This document shows, piece by piece, positions 8,547 to 16,705 of a DNA stretch of 34,340 bases. This DNA comes from Rhodobiaceae bacterium (GTDB taxonomy: Bacteria > Pseudomonadota > Alphaproteobacteria > Parvibaculales > Parvibaculaceae): the NCBI GenBank assembly GCA_027352645.1, contig DAIEIL010000054.1:1-34340 (forward strand). The letters are read 5' to 3'. Position 1 is the first letter of the stretch. Each line of letters begins with the position of its first letter. Made by a program: the position numbers and the translations under genes. Under the pieces are notes generated by a model, which saw only the letters and a list, made by a program, of their open reading frames with translations, was not told the origin of the DNA and searched no databases.

Positions 8547-9049
8547 CGGACAGGGAGCTATTTGCAAGGCTCAAGATTCTCATCGTCGATGACAGCGCCG
8601 AGATGAGGAATGTCCTTGCCGCGCTTCTCGAAAGCATGGGCGTGGGCGCGATCCTCAGCGCCGCGAGCGGCGAGAAGGGACTGGAGCTATTCTGCTCGGA
8701 AGCACCCGATCTCATCATCACCGACGGCAGCATGCGTCCGATGGACGGCTATGAGTTGACGCGGCGCGTGCGCAATGGCGAATGTCCGAACGGCAACGGC
8801 GATTGCCACGACCGCGACGTGCCTGTGCTGATGATCTCCGGCCATGTCGGCCCGGAGATGGTGCGGCTCGCCCGCGACAATGGCGTCACCGACTACATCG
8901 GCAAGCCCATCATGGCAGCAACGCTTTACGAGCGCGTTCTTGCCGCCGTGTCGAAGCCGATCCACATTGTCGAGACAAAGGCCTATCGCGGCCCTTCGCC
9001 GAGACGGCGGCTCGTTCCCCACATGTCGATAGATCCTCTCAGCGAGTAA
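8543..9049 (+). CDS. Single-domain response regulator, CheY-like, with degenerate Cle-type tail
   Basis: ATGA overlap with the Hpt gene. ILIVDD, DLIITD, VLMISG, YIGKP. C-terminal YRGPSPRRR. Confidence 0.88.
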   Translation: MTDRELFARLKILIVDDSAEMRNVLAALLESMGVGAILSAASGEKGLELFCSEAPDLIITDGSMRPMDGYELTRRVRNGECPNGNGDCHDRDVPVLMISGHVGPEMVRLARDNGVTDYIGKPIMAATLYERVLAAVSKPIHIVETKAYRGPSPRRRLVPHMSIDPLSE

Positions 9050-9857
9050 CCTCATCGAGGAAGCGCGAGAGCAGCGCATTGAAGCGCGGCGCATCCTGCC
9101 AGAAGGGCGCATGCCCGAGCCCGTCCAGCACATGCACCTTGCCGTCCCAAAGATTGCGATAGGCAACGGTGGTCAGGAACGCATTATTGACGAAGGGCTC
9201 CGCTCCGCCCGTGACGACGGCGAGCGGCTGTGGCGCCGTCTCCGCGATCTTGCGTCCGTCGAGATCCTTGCCTTCGATGATCGACTGCAGCATCAACGGA
9301 CGGAAGCGGCCGTCGGCGCGCAGGGCTACCGCCACCATCCAGTCTTCGAGCGGCACGTCCGCCCCAGCGCCCGCCTGCGCCTGTGAACGCGCCTCTTCCT
9401 CCGTGAACTGATCCTTGAAGGTAAGCCCCATGTTTTCGGAGGGAAGGAACGCCACCTGCATGTCGGCCCCGCCCGCGGGCGGCGTACCCGTGATCCAGGC
9501 GGCCACGGTTCCCGGCCAGCGCGCCAGCAGTTCCAGCGCCACGTGGCCGCCCAGCGACCAGCCGACAACGACCGCTTGCGAGATGCCGCGCGCCTCGAGG
9601 AAGGCGATCGCCGCATACGCAAAACCGTGAATGGAATAGGTCGCCGCCGGATCGGGCGCGTCGGAACTCTCGCCATGCCCGGGCAGGTCGAAGGCGATCA
9701 GCCGATAGCGCCGCCCGATCTCGCTCTCGAATTGCCGGCCGAACATCTCCTTGGCGGAGGAATTGCCATGGATGAAAAGGACCGCGGGCCCCTCGCCTTC
9801 CGTTTCGGTCCAGGCGATGCGCCCGTGTCCGGTTTCGGTAAATCCCGACCTTGCCAT
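9039..9857 (-). CDS. Alpha/beta fold hydrolase
   Basis: LFIHGNSS, FDLPGHGES, GWSLGG nucleophile elbow, GHAPF catalytic His. Convergent 11-nt overlap with the preceding gene. Confidence 0.92.
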   Translation of the reverse strand: MARSGFTETGHGRIAWTETEGEGPAVLFIHGNSSAKEMFGRQFESEIGRRYRLIAFDLPGHGESSDAPDPAATYSIHGFAYAAIAFLEARGISQAVVVGWSLGGHVALELLARWPGTVAAWITGTPPAGGADMQVAFLPSENMGLTFKDQFTEEEARSQAQAGAGADVPLEDWMVAVALRADGRFRPLMLQSIIEGKDLDGRKIAETAPQPLAVVTGGAEPFVNNAFLTTVAYRNLWDGKVHVLDGLGHAPFWQDAPRFNALLSRFLDEVTR

Positions 9858-9945
9858 TCATGCCCCCTTTGTTTTCATCAGGTTAGCACCAGTTTGGCCC
9901 GTACCGCATAGGCCTGACGGGCGGAGCGGAGCGCGTGATCAAAAG

Positions 9946-9995
9946 TGACATGGGCGTCATTATTTTTTGCAACCGTTAACTCTCCGCCCTATATT
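9946..9995 (+). promoter_or_regulatory. Sigma70-like promoter (TTGCAA-N17-TATATT) with an upstream TGAC-N6-GTCA dyad
   Basis: TTGCAA 9967-9972, TATATT 9990-9995. Dyad TGAC 9946-9949 / GTCA 9956-9959 with A/T flanks in the divergent intergenic region. Confidence 0.5.
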
Positions 9996-10083
9996 GATTG
10001 TGGGAATGAGGGCGGAGGCGCGGAAAGACGCGGTCCTGCCAGCAAGGGAACAGGCCGCAGAAGGGCCGTGTACAGGAGGAGCT

Positions 10084-11217
10084 ATGACGAACATCGAAAC
10101 GAATCTGACCGTGGATCCGGCTTACGAAGCCGTCGCCCCGGATGACTTTCCCGCGATGATGGATGTCGAGCGCTACGGCAAGCGCTCCAATGCTTTCGAC
10201 AAGATCATCTCGGCGACCCACGATCATTTCTGGGACCCGATGGACAAGAAGTATGTCGACTTCTCCCAGCCCTTCGACATGGAGAACGACTACCTCGTCG
10301 ATCCCGATCAGAACACCGATCTCAAGACCGCCGTCGCCGACAAGCTCGACGAGAAGCAGAAGATCAAACTCGTCAATCTCGATGTGCAGTGGTCGCTTTC
10401 GTCCATCCTCCACGGCGAAGCGGGCGCGCTGGCGCTCTCGGCTTCGCTCTGCCACATCCTGAAGGATCCGGGCGCGCAGGAATATGCCGCGAACCAGACG
10501 CGCGAAGAAGCACGCCACGTCGCAGGCTTCTCGAACTACATCAAGGCGCGCTGGGGCAAGCCCGTTCAGGTCGGCCCGGCGCTCGGCGACGTCCTCACCG
10601 AACTCGTCCTGTCGCCGCTGGTCTGGAAGAAGATCGTCGGTATGCAGATGCTCGTCGAAGGCCTTGCGATGGGCGCCTTCGCGACCTTCTACAAGAGCGG
10701 CCGCGACCCGCTGATGGTAAAGCTCATGCAGCTCACCATGACGGACGAGGCCTTCCACCACAAGTTCGGCAAGATCTGGGCGGACCGCACCATCCCGCAC
10801 ATCAATGCCGACGAGCGCAACCAGATCGAAGACTGGGCGTGGCACGTGTTCGAGGTGCTGCTCTACAATCTCGGCAGCCCCGAGCAGAAGAAGCACATCT
10901 ACGCCGCTGTCGGCCTCGATTGGCAGTGGGTGCAGGGCGCCTTCATGGAAGCCCTCACGGACGTCAAGATCCGCGAGAGCATGCAGGAATCGACCAACAT
11001 CTTCCGCGTCCTCATCAAGACGCTCCTCAAGGCGGGCATCATCACCAGCCGCACCGCCGGCAACTATGCCGCCTTCATCGACATGAAGGAGCTTTATGCC
11101 GAAGGCGACCGCATGATCGGCGACGACATCGCGGAAGAAGGCATCAAGTATCTCCTTCAGCTGAACGGCCAGGGCACCCGCTCCTATTCGCTCGACAACA
11201 TGTCGGCAGCCGAATAA
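10084..11217 (+). CDS. Ferritin-like diiron-carboxylate protein (AurF/desaturase-like oxygenase superfamily)
   Basis: ATG 10084 after AGGAGGAG. Ligand pattern LHGE...REEARH...LVEG...TDEAFHH, i.e. E..ExxH..E..ExxH. 377 aa. Confidence 0.82.
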   Translation: MTNIETNLTVDPAYEAVAPDDFPAMMDVERYGKRSNAFDKIISATHDHFWDPMDKKYVDFSQPFDMENDYLVDPDQNTDLKTAVADKLDEKQKIKLVNLDVQWSLSSILHGEAGALALSASLCHILKDPGAQEYAANQTREEARHVAGFSNYIKARWGKPVQVGPALGDVLTELVLSPLVWKKIVGMQMLVEGLAMGAFATFYKSGRDPLMVKLMQLTMTDEAFHHKFGKIWADRTIPHINADERNQIEDWAWHVFEVLLYNLGSPEQKKHIYAAVGLDWQWVQGAFMEALTDVKIRESMQESTNIFRVLIKTLLKAGIITSRTAGNYAAFIDMKELYAEGDRMIGDDIAEEGIKYLLQLNGQGTRSYSLDNMSAAE

Positions 11218-11240
11218 GCGGCGAAAGCCACCGGAAATCG

Positions 11241-11271
11241 AGGGGCGGCCCTGAAAAGGCCGCCCCTTTTT
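11241..11271 (+). terminator. Rho-independent terminator
   Basis: aggggcggcc-ctgaaaa-ggccgcccct followed by tttt. Confidence 0.85.
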
Positions 11272-11401
11272 CGTTGCCCCGTCCCGGCAGGCAACCCGCG
11301 TCCAGAACGGGTGACGGGCGCGATTTTCCCTGTATCATGCCTCCCAACAGGAATTGGCCCGAAGAGGCCGACACCATCAAGACTCTGGGAGGAGTTCGTT
11401 C

Positions 11402-13015
11402 ATGCCTTGGAATTTCGGGGACATTCTCGACGCCATTTCGCCGGTCCTGCCCCAGGACGCGCCGGCCTTCATCCATCAGGACCGCGTCATCACCTGGGGT
11501 GAAAGCACGAAGCGCACCAACAACCTCGCCCGCGCCCTCATCGAACGCGGCGCGAAGCCGGGCGATAAACTCGCCTTCTACATGCGCAACCGGCCCGAAT
11601 ACATGGAACTGCTCAATGCCTGCTTCAAGGCGCGGCTGACCCATGTGAACGTCAACTATCGCTACAAGGCCGACGAGGTTTTCTACATCTTCGACAACTC
11701 GGACGCGCAGACGGTCGTCTTCGGTTCCGAGTTCCGCGACATCATCGAGGAAATCAAACCGCGCCTCACCAAGGTCCAGACCTTCGTCGAAGTGAATGAC
11801 GGCGGCGAAATCGCCTCCTTCGCCGAGCGCTACGAGACGCTGGCGAACACCGGCAGCGGCGAGAAACTCGACATCCAGCGTTCGCCCGACGATCTTCTCT
11901 TCATCTATACCGGCGGCACCACCGGCATGCCCAAGGGCGTGATGTGGCGGCACGACGATCTGCGCGAAGTCCAGCTCGCGGCGGGCCGCAAGCTTGGCCC
12001 CGTGCCGGAAACGATGGAACAGCTCGTCGAAGCGCTGAAGCTGATGGGCCCGCAGGGCTGCCATCTGCCCGCTTGCCCTCTCATGCATGGCACGGGCCTT
12101 CTGAGCTCGCTCGGCGTGATCATGGCGGGCGGTGCGCTGGTCACGCTCGAAAGCCCGTCGCTTGAAGCCGATGAACTCTGGGAAGCCGTCGACCGCAACA
12201 AGGTGCAGACGCTCGCCATCGTCGGCGATGCCTTCGCAAAGCCGATGCTGCGCGAGCTCGACGAGAAGCCGGGGAAATACAATCTCTCCAGCATCGTCTC
12301 GATCATTTCGTCGGGCGTCATGTGGTCGACCGAAGTGAAGCGCGGCCTTCTCAAGCACATTCCGCAGGCGATCATGACCGACAGCTTCGGCGCCTCGGAA
12401 GGCATCGGCTTCGGCGCGTCGATGATGACGAAGGACGGCGAAATCGGCACCGCGAAATTCCAGATCGGCGACCGCTGCAAGGTCTTCGACGAAAAGGAAG
12501 AGCCGGTCGAGCCGGGCAGCAGCAAGCCGGGCATCATCGCCATGGCGGCCCCAATCCCCGTCGGCTACTACAAGGACGAGAAGAAGACCGCCGAGACCTT
12601 CCGCACCATCAGGGGCGAGCGCTACTCGATCCCCGGCGACTGGTGCACGGTCGAGGCAGACGGCACGCTGACGCTGCTCGGCCGTGGCTCCGTCTGCATC
12701 AACACCGCAGGCGAGAAAGTCTATCCCGAAGAAGTCGAGGAAATACTGAAGACTCACCCCGCCGTCGAAGACGCGCTGGTCGTCGGCCTTCCCGATGAAA
12801 AATGGGGACAGGCCGTCACGGGCATCGTCAAGCTCGCGCATGGTCACTCGTTCGACGAAGCCGCGATCCGCGCCCATGTGCGTGAGAAGCTCGCCGGCTA
12901 CAAGACGCCGAAACGCATTCTCCTCGGCACCACCATTCCCTTCCGCGCGCCGAATGGCAAGGCGGACTACAAGGGCGTGACGGCCTTCGCCAAGCACGAA
13001 CTCGGCGTCGCGTGA
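11402..13015 (+). CDS. Acyl-CoA synthetase / AMP-binding enzyme (FadD19-like)
   Basis: ATG 11402 after GGAGGAG. YTGGTTGMPKGVMW, FGASEG, GD...LLGRGSVCINTAGEKVYPEEVE, NGKADY. 537 aa. Confidence 0.92.
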   Translation: MPWNFGDILDAISPVLPQDAPAFIHQDRVITWGESTKRTNNLARALIERGAKPGDKLAFYMRNRPEYMELLNACFKARLTHVNVNYRYKADEVFYIFDNSDAQTVVFGSEFRDIIEEIKPRLTKVQTFVEVNDGGEIASFAERYETLANTGSGEKLDIQRSPDDLLFIYTGGTTGMPKGVMWRHDDLREVQLAAGRKLGPVPETMEQLVEALKLMGPQGCHLPACPLMHGTGLLSSLGVIMAGGALVTLESPSLEADELWEAVDRNKVQTLAIVGDAFAKPMLRELDEKPGKYNLSSIVSIISSGVMWSTEVKRGLLKHIPQAIMTDSFGASEGIGFGASMMTKDGEIGTAKFQIGDRCKVFDEKEEPVEPGSSKPGIIAMAAPIPVGYYKDEKKTAETFRTIRGERYSIPGDWCTVEADGTLTLLGRGSVCINTAGEKVYPEEVEEILKTHPAVEDALVVGLPDEKWGQAVTGIVKLAHGHSFDEAAIRAHVREKLAGYKTPKRILLGTTIPFRAPNGKADYKGVTAFAKHELGVA

Positions 13016-13036
13016 CAAATCGGGGAGAGCGGTGAA

Positions 13037-13516
13037 ATGACCCAAGACGAATTCGCCGCTCTCCTCGCACGATTCTCCGCTGCAGCTACGGCGGGCGACG
13101 GCAAGGCATTCGCCGAATGCTTCACCGAGGATGGCGTCTATCACGACTACATCTATGGCGATCACAAGGGCCGCGCCGACATCGCGCATATGCTGGAAGA
13201 TCTCTTCCATCGCGATGCGCGCGACTATGACTGGCGGATGCTCGATCCCGTCTGCAACGGCGATCTCGGCTACGCATGGTCGCTGTCGAAATTCGTTTCG
13301 ACCGTTCCCGCCTATGAAGGCAATCAGGTCGTCATCGACGGCATGAGCCGCTTCGAACTGAAGGACGGGCTCATCTCCGACTACCGCGAAAGCGTGAACG
13401 GCGGCGTCGCCATGGCGCAACTCGGTGTCGACGAGCCAAGGCTTGTCGGTGTACTGCGCCGCTGGGCAAGACAATTGCGCGAACGTCCCGACGTCGCGGA
13501 CTACCTGCGCCGATAG
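13037..13516 (+). CDS. SnoaL-like / NTF2-fold protein
   Basis: FAECFTEDGVYHD...GRADI...DGMSRFELKDGLISDYRE pattern. GGGAGAG RBS. Confidence 0.85.
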   Translation: MTQDEFAALLARFSAAATAGDGKAFAECFTEDGVYHDYIYGDHKGRADIAHMLEDLFHRDARDYDWRMLDPVCNGDLGYAWSLSKFVSTVPAYEGNQVVIDGMSRFELKDGLISDYRESVNGGVAMAQLGVDEPRLVGVLRRWARQLRERPDVADYLRR

Positions 13517-13644
13517 GCGCAATTTCCCAATGTATTATTGCGGAACACTTCGCAATGCGAAGTCCATTGGCAATTGCCTAAGACTTTTCGACTGATATTC
13601 TGCCGTCCCGAAATTGAAATCCTGTTCGTACCGAGGAGAGCCCA

Positions 13645-14832
13645 ATGGAACCCATCGAGAAGTTCCGCCTGGAAACGCGCGAATGGCTGGAGGCGAATTG
13701 TCCCGCTTCCATGCGCACGCCAACGCCCGAGGAGGAGACACCCTGGGGCGGCCGCAACGCGACATGGGCCAATCCCGATTCGAAGGTGTGGCTCGACCGC
13801 ATGGCGTCGCGCGGATGGACCGCGCCGACCTGGCCGAAGGAATATGGCGGCGGCGGCCTGACGAAAGAAGAAAGCCTCGTGCTGGGACAGGAAATGCGCC
13901 GCATCAAGGCGCGTCAGCCTCTGTCGAGCTTCGGCCTCTGGATGCTTGGGCCGGCCCTTCTCGAATTTGCCAATGAAGAGCAGAAGCGCGAGCACCTGCC
14001 GCCCATCGTGCGCGGCGAAATCCGCTGGTGCCAGGGCTATTCGGAACCGGGCGCGGGCTCCGACCTCGCCGGTCTTCAGACCAAGGCCGAGGACAAGGGC
14101 GACCATTATCTCGTCAACGGCCAGAAGATCTGGACCTCCTATGCGGACAAGGCCGACTGGATTTTCTGCCTCGTGCGCACGGACACGGCGAAGAAGCATG
14201 ACGGCATCAGCTTCCTACTCTTCGACATGACGACGCCGGGCGTCGAAGCGCGTCCGATCTCCATGATCTCCGGCGCCTCGCCCTTCTGCGAAACCTTCTT
14301 CACCGATGTGACGGTGCCGAAGAAGAATCTCGTCGGCGAACTCAACAAGGGCTGGACCATCGCCAAGCGCCTGCTGCAGCACGAGCGCGACATGATCTCC
14401 GGCATGGGCCTTGGCTCGGGCGTCGGAAGCTCCGCGAGCCTCGAAGCGCTGGCGAAGGATTATTTCGGCGAGGCCAATGGCCGCGTCGCTTCGGCCGCGC
14501 TGCGCGAGCACATCGCCAGACAGAAGATGGACGGAAAGGCCTTCGCGCTAACCCTGCAGCGCACGGCCGAAGAAGCGAAGGCAGGCGTCGGCACCGGCGC
14601 TGCTTCGTCGATCTTCAAATATTACGGCACCGAGCTCAACAAGCGCCGCTACGAACTCCTGCTGGAGATTCTCGGCACGCAGGGTCTGGGCTGGGAAGGC
14701 GAAGGCTTCACCGAAGAGGAACTTGGCGTCACGCGCTCCTGGCTCCGCTCCAAGGGCAATTCCATCGAAGGCGGCACATCGGAAGTGCAGCTCAACGTGG
14801 TGGCCAAGCGCGTGCTCGGACTGCCGGACTGA
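13645..14832 (+). CDS. Acyl-CoA dehydrogenase, catalytic subunit of a PimC/FadE26-type heteromer
   Basis: WPKEYGGGG, WCQGYSEPGAGSDLA, NGQKIWTSYA, LLQHER, SIEGGTSEVQ. Confidence 0.93.
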   Translation: MEPIEKFRLETREWLEANCPASMRTPTPEEETPWGGRNATWANPDSKVWLDRMASRGWTAPTWPKEYGGGGLTKEESLVLGQEMRRIKARQPLSSFGLWMLGPALLEFANEEQKREHLPPIVRGEIRWCQGYSEPGAGSDLAGLQTKAEDKGDHYLVNGQKIWTSYADKADWIFCLVRTDTAKKHDGISFLLFDMTTPGVEARPISMISGASPFCETFFTDVTVPKKNLVGELNKGWTIAKRLLQHERDMISGMGLGSGVGSSASLEALAKDYFGEANGRVASAALREHIARQKMDGKAFALTLQRTAEEAKAGVGTGAASSIFKYYGTELNKRRYELLLEILGTQGLGWEGEGFTEEELGVTRSWLRSKGNSIEGGTSEVQLNVVAKRVLGLPD

Positions 14833-14892
14833 GGCGCGGCACCGCTTCGACGCCCCCTCTCCGCATCAACGATAACTAAAAGAGTATTTTCG

Positions 14893-16032
14893 ATGGCATT
14901 GGTACTGACCGAGGAACAACAGCTTCTTCGCGACACGGCAACCCAGTTCTTTCAGGAGCGCGTTCCCGTTGCCAACCTGCGCAGGCTTCGCGACACGAAG
15001 GAGCCCGCAGGCTTCGACCGCGGCGCCTGGAAGGAAATGGCCGATCTCGGCTTCGCGGGCATCCTGATCTCGGAGAAATACGGCGGCACGGATTTCGGCC
15101 CCGTCGGTCTCGGCCTCGTGCTCGAACAGGCGGGCCGTACGCTCGCCGCGAGCCCGCTCGTCTCGACGGTTCTGCTCTGCGGCTCCGCCGTGCAGCTCGC
15201 GGGCAGCGCGACGCAGCGCCAGGAGATTTTGCCCGCGATCGCGGCTGGCGAACTCATCATGGCGCTCACGCTTGAAGAAGGCGCGCACCACAATCCGACG
15301 CGCATCGCAACGCGCGCCGTGAGCGAGGGTTCCTCCTATCGCATCTCCGGCAAGAAGACCTTCGTGCTCGACGGCCATGTCGCCGACCGCCTGATCGTTG
15401 CCGCACGGACATCAGGCAAGGAGGACGACAAGTCCGGCATCACGCTCTTCCTCGTCGATGCGAAGACGAAGGGCGTTTCGATCCAGCGCACGTTGATGGT
15501 CGACAGTCGCAACGCCGCCAACATCTCCTTCGATAATGTCGTCGTCTCCGCCGATAACGTGCTGGGCTCCGTGGACGGCGGCACGGATGTGCTCGATCAG
15601 GTTCTCGACATTGCCCGCGTCGGGCTTTCCGCCGAGCTTCTCGGTCTCGTTCAGGCGGTCTTCGACCAGACGGTCACCTACCTGAAAGAGCGCAAGCAGT
15701 TCGGCGTGGTGATTGGCTCGTTCCAGGCGCTGAAGCATCGCGCGGCAGACATGTTCGCCGAGATCGAACTTTGCCGCTCGGTCGTGCTCGATGCGCTTTC
15801 CGCGCTCGAGGCACGGCGGAACGACGTGCCGCAGGCGGCGAGCCTCGCCAAGGCGCGGCTTTCCGACACGGCCCGCCTCGTCACCAATGAAGGCCTCCAG
15901 ATGCATGGCGGCATGGGCATGACCGACCAGTTCGATGTCGGCCTCTACATGAAGCGTGCCCGCGTGGCCGCCGCCACCTTCGGCGATGGCAATTTCCACC
16001 GGGACCGCTACGCCGCGCTCGAAGGCTTCTGA
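14893..16032 (+). CDS. Acyl-CoA dehydrogenase, partner subunit of a PimD/FadE27-type heteromer
   Basis: RKQFGVVIGSFQALKHRAADM, QMHGGMGMT. C-terminal FGDGNFHR lacks the GGTxE motif. Tandem with the preceding ACAD. Confidence 0.9.
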   Translation: MALVLTEEQQLLRDTATQFFQERVPVANLRRLRDTKEPAGFDRGAWKEMADLGFAGILISEKYGGTDFGPVGLGLVLEQAGRTLAASPLVSTVLLCGSAVQLAGSATQRQEILPAIAAGELIMALTLEEGAHHNPTRIATRAVSEGSSYRISGKKTFVLDGHVADRLIVAARTSGKEDDKSGITLFLVDAKTKGVSIQRTLMVDSRNAANISFDNVVVSADNVLGSVDGGTDVLDQVLDIARVGLSAELLGLVQAVFDQTVTYLKERKQFGVVIGSFQALKHRAADMFAEIELCRSVVLDALSALEARRNDVPQAASLAKARLSDTARLVTNEGLQMHGGMGMTDQFDVGLYMKRARVAAATFGDGNFHRDRYAALEGF

Positions 16033-16038
16033 GCGATC

Positions 16039-16075
16039 AGCCGCCCGCCGAAACCACCGGCGGGCGGCTTTGTTT
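16039..16075 (+). terminator. Rho-independent terminator
   Basis: agccgcccgccg-aaaccac-cggcgggcggct followed by ttgttt. Confidence 0.8.
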
Positions 16076-16227
16076 CCCACCATTATGGCGACGAAACGGC
16101 GTCGAACACTTGTTTGAACGCGGGGCCTTCCCAGATTTAATGATGGCTTTCTTGACAGGCCCGGCGCCCCGGTATGTGCTTGGCCTTAGAGTTCCCCTTG
16201 GGGAACGTCCAGATTCGGAGCAGACCC

Positions 16228-16539
16228 ATGCGCAAGATCGCTCTTGCAGCCCTTGCAGGCACCGCCGGCCTTCTGGCCGCCGCCGCGCCGTCATATGCGT
16301 TCACGACCTATCAGGTGCAGACCGACGGCTCCAACGCCGCCAAGTACACCGACCAGAGCGTGGGCAATTCGAGCAACAATGGCGGCTTCAGCTTCTCCAT
16401 GAAGAGCAGCGAGGACAGCACCGATAATTTCGGAGTGCCGGGCGCTTACAACAATCCCGACAACGCCAATTCCCAGCAGGCCCCCTCGCGCGACATGGGC
16501 TGGCAGGGCACGGGCTATTACCTTCGCCCCAATAACTGA
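16228..16539 (+). CDS. Small secreted Asn/Ser/Gly-rich hypothetical protein
   Basis: ATG 16228 after GGAG. Signal peptide MRKIALAALAGTAGLLAAAAPSYA. Host-like codon usage, TTGACA at 16152, own terminator. 103 aa. Confidence 0.8.
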   Translation: MRKIALAALAGTAGLLAAAAPSYAFTTYQVQTDGSNAAKYTDQSVGNSSNNGGFSFSMKSSEDSTDNFGVPGAYNNPDNANSQQAPSRDMGWQGTGYYLRPNN

Positions 16540-16558
16540 CCCTTGACGTTTCAAGCCG

Positions 16559-16597
16559 AAAGGCGCGGTGCTCAAAGGCGCCGCGCCTTTTTTCTTT
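16559..16597 (+). terminator. Rho-independent terminator
   Basis: aaaggcgcggtgc-tcaaag-gcgccgcgccttt followed by tttcttt. Confidence 0.85.
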
Positions 16598-16705
16598 GGT
16601 CATCCGGATACTCGACAAGCAGGCCCCCCCGCCCCATACTGCGCCGCGCGCCGGGCGAGGCCTCGCGCCATTGATCCAGTATCCAGAGAACGACGAGACA
16701 CCGGT

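Noticed and set aside
11144-13522. 792-aa minus-strand ORF, plus other long antisense ORFs (e.g. 30098-31450, 20939-22030, 26721-27740, 6145-7458, 9976-10896)
   Set aside because: These are shadow frames of well-supported genes. High GC3 codon bias removes stops on the antisense strand, and they show no recognisable motifs or RBS.
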